Of a DNA stretch of 64,000 nt, positions 1 through 12,257 are shown piece after piece (the first letter of the stretch is position 1; each line of letters opens with the position of its first letter). Source of the DNA: the human T2T-CHM13v2.0 reference genome, Homo sapiens; the NCBI RefSeq assembly GCF_009914755.1, contig NC_060927.1. One strand, written 5' to 3'. The notes under the pieces are model-generated. The model saw nothing but the letters and a program-made list of their open reading frames with translations, did no database searches and had not been told where the DNA came from. The position numbers and the translations under genes were made by a program.

Positions 1-529
1 TGTTCTATAAAGATGTCTTGAGGACTGAATTTACAAACACCAAACCATTATTCCTAGGGAAGACAGGATTAGATTCCTGCAAGCCTCTAGTCATAACATT
101 TTTGTCAGCTGATGAATACATACCCTTGTCTTTTGTGTGTTTCCAAATATGGTCTCTAAGCGTATTTTCTCTGTAAGGCACATCACAGCCTTCCTGCCCT
201 TAGAAACACTAGACAGCACTTTAGCACTGTGGCTGGGACCATTTCAAACAGAGAAATCCCAATAAAATGCACAAAAATGTAAAAAGCATGACACTGAATA
301 TACTGCAAAAGGGACACTGCTTACAGGATTAGCTGAAACAAGAAGGCAGAGCATCACCTTGCTTAGCCTCAGCCAGGAATGTGCACCTAGGGGAGCTCAA
401 ATTTTTCACCCTCTCTGCATGTCTGTCAATGATCTTAAAAGTGCTGTATCGATTTTAGGGTTACACATCAATTTTAGCAAGTAAACAAATTCTCAAATAT
501 GAAATCCGTAAAAAATGGGACTCTACTAT
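1..529. mobile_element. MER82-like TcMar-Tigger non-autonomous DNA transposon (left end cut by window)
   Basis: Starts TGTTCTATAAAG...CTGAATT...ACCATT...CCTAGGG...TTAGATTCCTGCAAGCCTCT and ends AAATTCTCAAATATGAAATCCG...ACTCTACTATA, resembling the recalled MER82 consensus. Confidence 0.65.
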
Positions 530-2593
530 ACTCCTCACCTTTTAAAAGATTACATCTAGGAGAGGCGGAGCAAGATGGTGGAATAAAAGGCTCCATGGAT
601 CCTCTCCCCAACAAGGACACCAATTTAACAACTATATACACAGAAAAAACACCTTCATAATAATCAAAAATCAGGTGAGCCCTCATAGTACCTGGTTTTA
701 ACTTCATAGTGCTGAAAGAGGCACTGAAGAGATAGAAAAAAGTCCTGAATCGCCGACGCCACCCCTTCCCCATCCCTGGCAGCTGTGACCTGGTGCAGAG
801 AGCATCTCTGAGTGCTGGGGGAGGGAGAGGATAGCAATTGTGAGGCATTGAACCCAGGGCTGTCCTGTTAGAGCAGAAAGGAAAACCAGACCAAACCCAG
901 CTGATGCCTGCCAAGGGAGGGAGCATTTAAAACAGCCCTACCCAGCAGTCCAAACGTGAGTGCCTGCAAACCTCGCCTCCAAGGGCCAGAGTGCTCTCAG
1001 TCTCTAAATAAACTTGAAAAGCAGTCTAGGCCATAAGGACAGCAACTCTTAGAAGAGTCCTACTCCTGAACTGGCCCAGAGACAGTAGAGTAGGGGGACA
1101 GGTGACCTACTGAGGCACCAGCTGGGGTAGCCAAGGGAGTGCTGGCATCACCCTTTTCCTAACCCCAGGCTGCACAGCTCATGGCTCCAAAAAAGACCCC
1201 TTCCTTTCGCTTGAGGAGAGGAGAGGGAAGAGTGGGGAGGACTTTGTCTTGCATCCTGGATACCAGATGAGCCACAGCAGGATAGGGTACTGGTAAGAGT
1301 TGTGAGGCCTCATTTCCAGGCCCTGGCTACCAGATGACATTTCTAGACATACCCTGGGCTAGAAGGGAACCTGATGCCTTAAAGGAAAGGCCCCAGTTCC
1401 AGCAGCATTCATCACCTGCTCACTGAAGAGCCCTTGGGCCTTGAGTAACAAGCAGCAATACCCAGGTACTGCATCGAGTCCTCGGGTGAACCTCTGAGAC
1501 TTGGTGGCTTCAGGTGAGACTCAGCATATTACCAGCTGTGGTGGCTACAGGGCAAAACTCCTTCTGCTTGAGAAAAGCAGAGGGAAAAGTAAAGAGGACT
1601 TTGTCTTACACCTTAGGTACCAGCATGGCCACAGAGGGATAGAGCACCAAGCAGACTCTTGGAGTCCCTGATTCCAGAACTTAACTCTTGGATGGCATAT
1701 CTGGATCTGCTCTGGGCCAAAGGGGAGCCCACTGCTCTAAAGGGTGAGTCCCAGCCCAGGCAGCATTTACCACAGCTGACTTAAGAGCCCTTGGGCCTTA
1801 AGAGAACATTGTTGGTAATCTGGCAGTTCTCTTTGTGGCTTGTAGTTATGGGGAGGCTCCTCCAACTTTGAAAGGGGAGAGAAGAGTGGGAAGGACTACA
1901 TCTCATGGTTTGAGTGCCAGCTCAGCTGCAGTACAATAGAACACCAGGTAAACTTATAAGGTTTTTGACTGTAGCCCCTGACTCCCGGACAATACAACTG
2001 GACCCACTTGAGCCCTGAGGGAACTCTCTGTCCTGAAGGGAAGGACACAATCCTGGGTGATTTTTGCCACCTGCTGATTGTAGAGCCCCAGGGCCTTGAG
2101 AGAAGATAGGCAGTAGCCAGGGAGTGGTTACAGCAGGCCTTGGGTGAGACCCAGAGCTATGTTGGTTTCAGGTCTGACCCAGTACACCCATAGTGGTGGT
2201 GGCCATAGGTGTGCTTGTGTTAATCTACCCCCAGCTATAGGTGGCTCAGAACAGAGGGAGAGAGACTCCATTTGTTTGGGAGAAAGTAAGGGAAGAAAAC
2301 AAGAATCTCTGCCTAGTAGTCCAGAGAATTCTCCTAGATCAGGTCTAAGACCATCAAGGTAGTACCTCTATGATTCCGCAAGAACCACAGTGTTACTGTG
2401 CTTGGGGTGCTTTCTAAAGCTGATATAGCTTAGATCACCACACCCAAGCCCTTTCAAATGTGTGGAAAGTCTTCCCAGGGAGGATGGTTACTAAAAAGCC
2501 CAGACAGTGAAGACTACAATAAATACCTAACTCTTCAATGCCCAGACACCAAAGATCTACTAGCATCAACACCATCCAAGAAAGCATGACCTT

Positions 2594-2890
2594 GGCTGGG
2601 CGCGGTGGCTCATGCCTGTAATCCCAGCACTTTGGGAGGCCAAGGCGGGCAGATCACGAGGTCAGGAGATCGAGACCATCCTGGCTAACACAGTGAAACC
2701 CCATCTCTACTAAAAATACAAAAATTAGCTGGGCGTGGTGGCGGGCACCTGTAGTCCGGGAGACTGAGGCAGGAGAATGGTGTGAACCTGGGAGGCAGAG
2801 TTTTCAGTGAGCTGAGATCGCACAACTGCACTCCAGCCTGGGCGACTGAGTAAGACTCCATCTCAAAAAAAAAAAAAAAAAAAAAAAAGA
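2594..2890 (+). mobile_element. Alu (AluY/Sc-like) inserted in the L1
   Basis: GGCTGGGCGCGGTGGCTCA...long A tail; TSD GAAAGCATGACCT on both sides. Confidence 0.95.
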
Positions 2891-3059
2891 AGGAAAGCAT
2901 GACCTCACCAAATGAACTAAATAAGACACCAAGGACCAATCCTAGAGAAACAAAAATATGTGACCTTTCAGACAGAAATCAAAATAGTTGTGTTCAAGAA
3001 ACTCAGAGAATTTCAAGATAACACAGGGAAGGAATTCTGAATTCTGCCAGATAAGTTTA

Positions 3060-3372
<313 letters not shown>

Positions 3373-4309
3373 TTAACAAAGATATTGAAATAATTAAAAA
3401 GCATCAAGCAGAAATTCTGGAGCTGGAAAATGCAATTGACATACTGAAGAATACATTGGAGTCCTTTAATAGCAGAATTGATCAAGCAGAAGAAAGAATT
3501 AATGAGCTTGAAGACAGGCTATTTGAAAATACAAAGTCAGAGGAGACAAAAAAAAGAATAAGAAACAAGGAAGCACACTTACAGAATCAAGAAAATAGCC
3601 TCAAAATGGCATATTTAAGAGTTATTGGCCTTAAAGAGGAGGTAGAGAAAGAGATAGGGGTAGAAAGTTTATTAAAAGGGATATAACAAGTTTAAATACA
3701 TGTGTGCCCAATACTGGAACACCCAGCAAGTATTATTAGAGCTAAAGAGAGAGATAGGCCCCAAAACAATAATAGCTGGAGACTTCAACACCCTACTTCT
3801 GCACAGTAAAGGCTACAGTCAACAAAATGAAGAGACAACCCACAGAATGGGTGAAAATATTTGCAAACTACCCATCTCACAGGGATTAATCACCAGAATA
3901 TATAAGGAGCTTGAATAACTCTGTAGGAAAAAAAAAAAGTAAAAATCTGATTAAAAAATGGTCAAAAGATTTGAATAGACATTTCTCAAAACAAGAGATA
4001 CAAATGGCAAACAGGGATATGAAAAGATGCTCAACATCTTTGATCTTCAGAGAAATGCAAATCAAAACTACAATGAGACATCATCAGGCAATAACAAACG
4101 CTGGCAAGGATGCGGAGAAATGGGAACCCTCACACTGTTGGTGGGAATGTAAATTAGTACAATCACTATGGAGAACAGTTTGAAGGTTCCTCAAAAAACT
4201 AAAAATAGAGTTGCCATATGATACAGCAATCCTACTGCTGGGTATATACTCAAAAGAAAGGAAATAAGTATATCAAAGAGATATCTGCACTTCCATATTT
4301 GTTGCAGCA

Positions 4310-4630
4310 GCGGTTCGGTTCTGGGATGGCTGCAGCAGCTCCTAAGGTTTTTATTACACACAGAAGGAAAGAGAATCTGGGATCTAGTATTCCTAGCAGA
4401 AGTCCTGTGCTTCCCCCTGATTGCTCTGGCTTAGGTCATGTTTCTGACTGAACTGTCTCTGTGTTCCTGGGATAGAATGAGCTGAGTAGTTTACACCGCA
4501 CCTTAGACCTGGGGATGCAGGTCAAGTCCATAGACTAAATGGCCCAGAATTGGGTCAAGGGGTAGTTTCCTAAAGGGAATTCCAAAAGTGATGATTAGGA
4601 AAGAGGGAGGAATAGATGCTAGGAAACAAT
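4310..4630 (+). mobile_element. Degenerate MaLR LTR fragment (MLT1J/K-like)
   Basis: CTGATTGCTCTGGCTTAGGTCATG...GGAATAGATGCTAGG resembles old MLT1 LTRs; heavily diverged. Confidence 0.45.
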
Positions 4631-4801
4631 AGATGATAAGCCCATCTATACCTTAAGCGATTTGGTTATCACAGCTGGGGCAATTTTATTGAAAAGTAAT
4701 TCATATAGTAGCATGTATCTTGAGGTTTGCCTTCATCTCCATACTGGGAGACTGAAAGTTGTTCCCAGAAGATCTAAATCAACATCTAAAATGTGACAGC
4801 T

Positions 4802-5113
<312 letters not shown>

Positions 5114-5607
5114 TCAGGTAAGAATATACCTGGTTAAAGCATGGAAATAAATACCAAGTTGGAATTATGTATTACTCTTACACTTCTAGGTCATTTCTAG
5201 TGAGTTTGCCTTACCTAGAGGGGTAAGCAAGGAGGAATAGTCTTGTTTTTACCTTAAGGGGATGAGATGGTCAAAGCAATAAAGATTCCCATTCCTGGAG
5301 ATGTTTGCCACAGGCTTTTATATTAGCCAAATAGAGTGCAGAGCAAGCAGCAAGAAGTAGGGAAAATGAACAGAGGGCAGAGAAATAATGTCACACTGAT
5401 TCAAGTGACACGATGTTAAGGGATTCCACAAATAACTCAGCAAATTGATCATTAAGAAATTTTAAATACTACTTAAATTAATCCAGAATGCCTAAACCCT
5501 GGCAGGTTCCAACAGAGTAGGTGAGGCAAGGTGAGGTAGGAAGGGGGTGAGGAGGTAGCATGGTGGGGACCACAAAGACCATCTGAGAGGGTGGTTGGGA
5601 AGCAACA

Positions 5608-5661
5608 GTAGAGAGGAGAGAAAGAGAGATAGAGAGAGAAAGAGGGAGAGAGAGAGAGAGA
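5608..5661. repeat. (GA)n-rich microsatellite
   Basis: AGAGAGGAGAGAAAGAGAGATAGAGAGAGAAAGAGGGAGAGAGAGAGAGAG. Confidence 0.9.
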
Positions 5662-6005
5662 CTTGGAGGGTCAGGTTCCAGAATATGAAAGACACACAGA
5701 TGGGAAGACAGGCAGAGGCACCCAGTCATGGAGTAGAATTAGACACAAAGATTCCCTGGAGGGCAGAGAGCCTGGCCAGTTCATCGCTGTAGGCCCATTT
5801 CCTGATGCGGGGCCTGCCTGTTGCGGGGTTTGCAGCATTGGCTGAATGAAAACCAAGGCAAAGGAGACAAGCAGAGAAGGACGACAGAGCTGGAGGGGGA
5901 GACACAAGGGTGGGAGATGTGCGGTGGTTCAGGCTGAAGATCAAATGCAATAAAAGAAAACAGGTAATTACATTGGGAAGAAAGTCAATTTTGCGGGTGT
6001 CCATG

Positions 6006-6594
6006 TGTAAAAAGTAAAGTAGAGGTTCCTTTTCAAAGACTTTCCTCCCCATCTAATTAGGAATAAATAGTAACTTCTCTTAGAAGCAAAATTTATTGAA
6101 AGACCTGTGCTAACATTCTTAAATATCTGCTAGCCATAATAAGGAAATCAATGTACTTTATGTTCTTAGCTCCCACAATTTAGCTTAAATATTTGCCCTA
6201 GCATGCTTATACTGGTCCAAGCAAGCATTAGGTCATAGCCTGTTCCTCTTCCTTACTTGAAAGTGTTTTTACCTTTCTCAGCATTCCACAAGTTACTTCC
6301 TCCTTCCTTTGTTCCCTTCTACCTTTGCCTCTTTTAAAAAGTTCTAAGTTGCTAGCCAATCAGGACAAATACAGAATGTGAGGTCCCGCTCCAGCCAGTG
6401 GAAACCAGACACAGCAGTAGGGTGAATGTGTCAGGTTATAAATGACCCTGTTTCCTTTGTTCAGTGTACTTTTGTGGCAAAACTGCTAGCAAGTGTACCC
6501 TTTCTGCAGGAAGTAAAAATGGCCTTACTAAATAAATTAAATTTATGTTCAAGTGCTATTTCTTTATGGCACCAAGGAACAAACATTTCAAACA
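6006..6594 (+). mobile_element. Solo ERV1 LTR, LTR10C-like (HERV-I family)
   Basis: TG...CA termini (TGTAAAAAGTAAAGTAGAGGTTCC...CATTTCAAACA), TATAAA at ~6437, AATAAA at ~6531, flanks CATG/CATT; matches recalled LTR10C start. Confidence 0.75.
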
Positions 6595-6913
6595 CATTCT
6601 ACAGAAGCTTCCTATGATGTGGAAAACCAAGATAGTGTAATTTTTGAAAAAGGACTAAGCTTAAAGTTAAAAACTAATAAATACTTATTTTTTAAAGCAT
6701 TTATTTATTTTTATTTATTTATTTTTATTCTTCCATAGGTTATTGGGGTACAGGTGGTATTTGGTTACATGAGTAAGTTCTTTAGTGGTGATTTGTGAGA
6801 TTTTGGTGCACCCATCACCTGAGCAGTATACACTGCACCATATTTGTAGTCTTTTATTCCTCACTCCCCTTCCATCCTTCCCCCTCAAGTCCCCAAAGTC
6901 CATTGTATCATTC

Positions 6914-7210
6914 TTTTTTTTTTTTTTTTTGAGATGGAGTCTCACTCTGTCGCCCAGGCTGGAGTGCAGTGGTGCGATCTCGGCTCACTGCAAGCTCCGC
7001 CTCCCGGGTTCAGCCATTCTCCTGCCTCAGCCTCCTGAGTAGCTGGGACTACAGGCGCCCACCACCATGCCCGGCTAATTTTTTGTATTTTTAGTAGAAA
7101 CGGGGTTTCACCGTGTTAGCCAGGATGGTCTCGATCTCCTGACCTCATGATCCACCCGCCTCGGCCTCCCAAAGTGCTGGGATGACAGGCGTGAGCCACC
7201 GTGCCTGGCC
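6914..7210 (-). mobile_element. AluY nested in the L1PB 3'UTR
   Basis: AluY diagnostics (GCAAGCTCCGCC, TTAGCCAGGATGG); TSD CATTGTATCATTC. Confidence 0.95.
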
Positions 7211-8672
7211 CATTGTATCATTCCTATGCCTTTGTGTCCTCTTAGCTTAGCTCCCACATATCAGTCAGAACATACGATGCTTGGTTTTCCATTCCTGAGT
7301 TACTTCACTTAGAATAATAGTCTCCAGTCTCATCTAGGTTGCTGCAAATGCCATTAACTCATTCCTTTTTATGGCTGAGCAGTATTTCATCATATGTATA
7401 TATCAGTTTCTTTATTCACTCGTTGATTGATGGGCATCTGGGTTGGTTCCACGATTTTGCAGTTGTGAATTGTGCTGCTGTAAACATGCATGTGCAAGTA
7501 TCTTTTTCATATAATGACTTCTTTTCCTCTGGGTAGATACCCAGTAGTGGGATTGCTGGATCAAATGGTAGTTCTACTTTTAGTTCTTTAAGGAATCTCC
7601 ACACTGTTTTCCATAGTGGCTGTACTAGTTTACATTCCCACCAGCAGTGTGGAAGTGTTCCCTGATCACTGCATCCACACCAACATCTACTGTTTTTTGA
7701 CTTTTTGATTATGGCCATTCTTGCAGGAGTAAGGTGGTATCACATTGTGGTTTTGACTTGAATTTTCCTGATCATTAGTGATGTTGAGCATTTTTTCATA
7801 TGTTCATGGCCATTTGTATATCTTCTTTTGAGAATTGTCTATTCATGTCCTTACCCACTTTTTGATGGAATTGTTTGTTTTTTCTTACTGATGTGTTTGA
7901 GTTCATCATAGAGTCTGGATATTAGTCCTTTGTCAAATGTATAGATTGTGAAGATATTCTCCCACTCTGTGGTTGTCTGTTTACTCTGCTGATTGTTCCT
8001 TTTGCCATGCAAAAGCGCTTTAGTTTAATTAAGTCCCAAATATTTATCTTTGTTTTCATTGCATTTTCTTTTGGATTCTTGGTCATGAAATCCTTGCCTA
8101 AGCCAGTGTCTAGAAGGGTTTTTCCAATGTTATCTTCTAGAATTTTTATAGTTTCACATCTTAGGTTTAAGTCCTTAATCCATCTTGAGCTGATTTTTGT
8201 ATAAGGTGAGAGATGAGGGTCCAGTTTCATTCTCCTACATGTGGCTAGCCAATTATCCCAGTGCCATTTGTTGAAAAGGGTGTCCTTTCCCCACTTTATG
8301 TTTTTGTTTGCGTTGTCAAAGATCAGTTGGCTGTAAGTATTTGGGTTTACTTCTGGTTTCTCTATTCTGTTCCATTGGTCTATGTGCCTATTTTTATACC
8401 AGTACCATGCTGTTTTGGTGACCATGGCCTTATGGTATAGTTTGAAATCAGGTAGTGTGATGCCCCCAGATTTGTTCTTTTTGCTTAGTCTTGCTTTGGC
8501 TATGCAGGCTCTTTTTTTATTCTATATGAATTTTAGAACTGTTTTTCCTAATTCTGTGAAGAATGATTGTGGTATTTTGATGAGGATTGCGTTGAATTTG
8601 CAGATTGCTTTTGGCAGTATGGTCACTTTCACAATATTGATTCTACCCATCCATGAGCATGGGATGTATTTC

Positions 8673-9185
8673 TGCTGAGACCAGCTCAGTTGGAGAGACC
8701 CTAACCCAGCAGCGCTAGAAGAATTAAAGACACACACACAGAAATATACAGGTGTGAAGTGGGAAATCAGGGGTCTCACAGCCTTCAGAGCTGAGAGTCT
8801 CGAACAGAGATTTATCCATGTATTTGTTAACAGCCAACCAGTCATTAGCATTGTTTCTATAGATATTAGATTAACTAAAAGTATCCCTTTTGGGAAACAA
8901 AGGGATGGGCCGAAATAAAGGGATGAGTTGGGCTAGTTATCTGCAGCAGGACCATGTCCTTAAGGCACAGATCGCTCATGCTATTGTTTGTGGTTTAAGA
9001 ATGCCTTTAAGGGGTTTTCCGCCCTGGGTGGGCCAGGTGTTCCTTACCCTCATTCCAGTAAACCCACAACCTTCCAGCGTGGGCATTATGGCCATCATGA
9101 ACATGTCACAGTGCTGCAGAGATTTTGTTTATGGCCAGTTTTGGGGCCAGTTTATGGCCAGATTCTGGGGGGCCTGTTCCCAACA
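8673..9185 (-). mobile_element. Solo LTR, MER9-like (HERV-K9/HML-3), nested in L1 ORF2
   Basis: rc starts TGTTGGGAACAGGCCCCCCAGAATCTGGCCATAAACTGGCCCC; exact 6-bp TSD TATTTC (8667-8672, 9186-9191), typical of betaretrovirus-like ERVs. Confidence 0.88.
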
Positions 9186-9474
9186 TATTTCCATTTGTTT
9201 GTGTCATCTGTGATTTCTTACAGCAGTGTTTTGTAGTTTTCCTTACAGAGATCTTTCACCTCCTTGGTTAGGTATATTCCTAAGTATTTTATTTTATTTA
9301 TTTATTTATTTTTTGGCAGCTATTGTAAAAGGGGTTGAGGTCTTGATTTGATTCTCCACTTGGTCGCTGTTGATGTATAGAAGAGCTACTGATTTGTGTA
9401 CATTGACCTTGTATCTGGAAACTTTGCTAAGTTCTTTTATCAGTTCTAGGAGCTTTCTGGAGGAGTCCTTAGGG

Positions 9475-9830
9475 TTTTCTTTTCTTTTCTTTTCTTTTCT
9501 TTTCTTTTCTTTTCTTTTCTTTTCTTTTCTTTTCTTTTCTTTTCTTTTGAGACGGAGTTTGGCTCTGTCACCCAGGCTGGAGTGCAGTGGAGCAATCTTG
9601 GCTCACTACAACCTCCGCCTCCTGGGTTCAAGCAATTATCTCCTGCCACAGCCTCCCAAGTAGGTGGGGCTACAGGTGCCCACCATCACACCTGGCTAAT
9701 TTTTGTATTTTTGGTAGAGATGGAGTTTCACTGTATTGGCCAGGCTGGTCTCAAACTCCTGACCTTGTGATTCACCCACCTCAGCCTCCCAAAGTGCTGG
9801 GATTACAGGTGTGAGCCACCATGCCCAGCC
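9475..9830 (-). mobile_element. Alu (AluS-like) with an expanded (TTTTC)n tail, nested in L1 ORF2
   Basis: About 14 TTTTC units at 9475-9548 then an Alu body; TSD GTC(C/T)TTAGG. Confidence 0.95.
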
Positions 9831-11813
9831 GTCTTTAGGATTTTCGGGGTAAATGATCATGTTTTCAGCAAACAGTGACAGTTTGACTTCCTCTTTACCA
9901 ATTTGAATGCCCTTTATTTCTTTCTCTTGTCTGATTGCTCTGGCTAGGACTTCTAGTATTATGTTGAAGAGGAGTGGTGAGAGTGGGCATCCTTGTCTTG
10001 TTCCAGTTCTCGGAGGGAATGCTTTCAACTTTTCCCCATTCAGTATTATATTGGCTGTGGGTTTGTCATAGATGGCTTTTATTACATTGTATGTAATAGG
10101 CATGTCCCTGTATACCGATTTTGCTGAGAGTTTTAATCATAAAGGGATGCTGGATTTGGTTGAATGCTTTTTCTGCATCTATTGAGATAATCATGTGATT
10201 TTTGTTTTTAATTCTGTTTATGTGGTGTATGATATTTATTGACTTGCATATGTGAAACCATTTCTGCATCCCTGGTATGAAATCCACTTAATCATGGTGT
10301 ATTATCTTTTTGATATGTTGTTAGATTTGATTTGCTAGTATTTTGGAAAGGATTTTTGTGTCTATGTTCATCAGGGATATCAAACTGTAGTTTTCTTTTT
10401 TGGTTATGGGGTGATGCTGGCTTAATAGAATGAATTAGGGAGGGTTCCCTTTTTCTTTTTCTTGTGGAATAGTGTCAAAGGGATTGGTGCCAATTCTTCT
10501 TTAAATGTCTGGTAGAATTCTGCTGTGAATCCATCTGGTCCTGGACTTTATTTTGTAGAAAAATTTTAAATTACCATTTCAATCTCGCTGCTTGTTACTG
10601 GTCTGTTCAGGCTATCTAATTCTTCCTGATTTAAAGTAGGAGGGCTGTATGTTTTCAGGAATTTATCCATCTCTTCTAGGTTTTCTAGTTTATGTGTGCA
10701 AAGGTGTTCATAGTAGCCTTGAATGATCTACTGTATTTCATTGGTGTCAGTTGTAATATCTCCCATTTCATTTTTTAATGAGGTTATTTGGATTTTCTCT
10801 CTTCTTTTCTTGGTTAATCTTGCTAATGGTCTATCAATTTTATTTATCTTTTCAAATAATCAGCTTTTAATTTCATTTATCTTTTGTATTTTTTTTGTTT
10901 CAATTTCATTTAGTTCTGCCCTGATCTTGGTTATTTCCTTTCTTCTGCTAGGTTTGAGTTTGGTTTGTTCTTGTTTCTCTAGTTCCTTGGGGTGTGTCCT
11001 TAGAATGTCAGTTTGTGGTCTTTCAGCCTTTTTGATGTAGGTGTTTAGGGCTATGAACTTTCCTCTTAGCATGGCCTTTGCTGTATCCCAGAGGTTTTGA
11101 TAGGTTGTGTCATTATTGTTGTTCAGTTTGCAGAATTTTTTAATTTCCATCTTGATTTCGTTTTTGACCCAGTGCTCATTCAGGAGCAGGTTATTTCTTT
11201 TCCATGTGTTTGCATGGTGTTAAACATTCCTTTAGGAGGTGATTTCCAGGTTTGTTCCTCTGTGGTCTGAAAGTGCTTGATATAATTTCAATTTTTGTAA
11301 GTTTATTGAAGCTCGTTTTGTGGCCTATCATATGGTCTATCTTGAAGAAATTTCCATGTGCTGTTGAATAGAATGTGTATTCTGAAGTTGTTGGATGAAA
11401 TGTTCTGTATATATCTGTTAATTCCATTTGTTCCAAGGTATACTTTAAATCCATTGTTTCTATGTTGACTTTCTGTCTTGATGACCTGTCTAGTGCTGTC
11501 AGTGGAGTACTGAAGTCCCCCACTATTATTGTGTTGCTGTCTATGTCATTTCTTAGGTCTATTAGTAATTGTTTTATAAATTTGGGAGCTCCAGTGTTAG
11601 GTGCAAATATGTTTAAGATTGTGATATTTTCCTGTTGGATGTGGCCTTTTACCATTATATAATGTCCCTCTTTGTCTCTTTTAACTGATGTTGCTTTAAA
11701 GTTTGTTTTGTCTGATATAAGAATAGCTAACCCTGCACACTTTTGGTGTCCATTTGCATAAAATGCCTTTTCCATCCCTTTATTTTAAGTTTATGTGAGA
11801 CCTTATGTGTTAG

Positions 11814-12257
<444 letters not shown>

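Noticed and set aside
9475-9548. Regular repeats here and at 31210, 37666 and 50200 as a CRISPR-like array
   Set aside because: Eukaryotic DNA; these are an Alu-tail microsatellite and simple duplications with no unique spacers.
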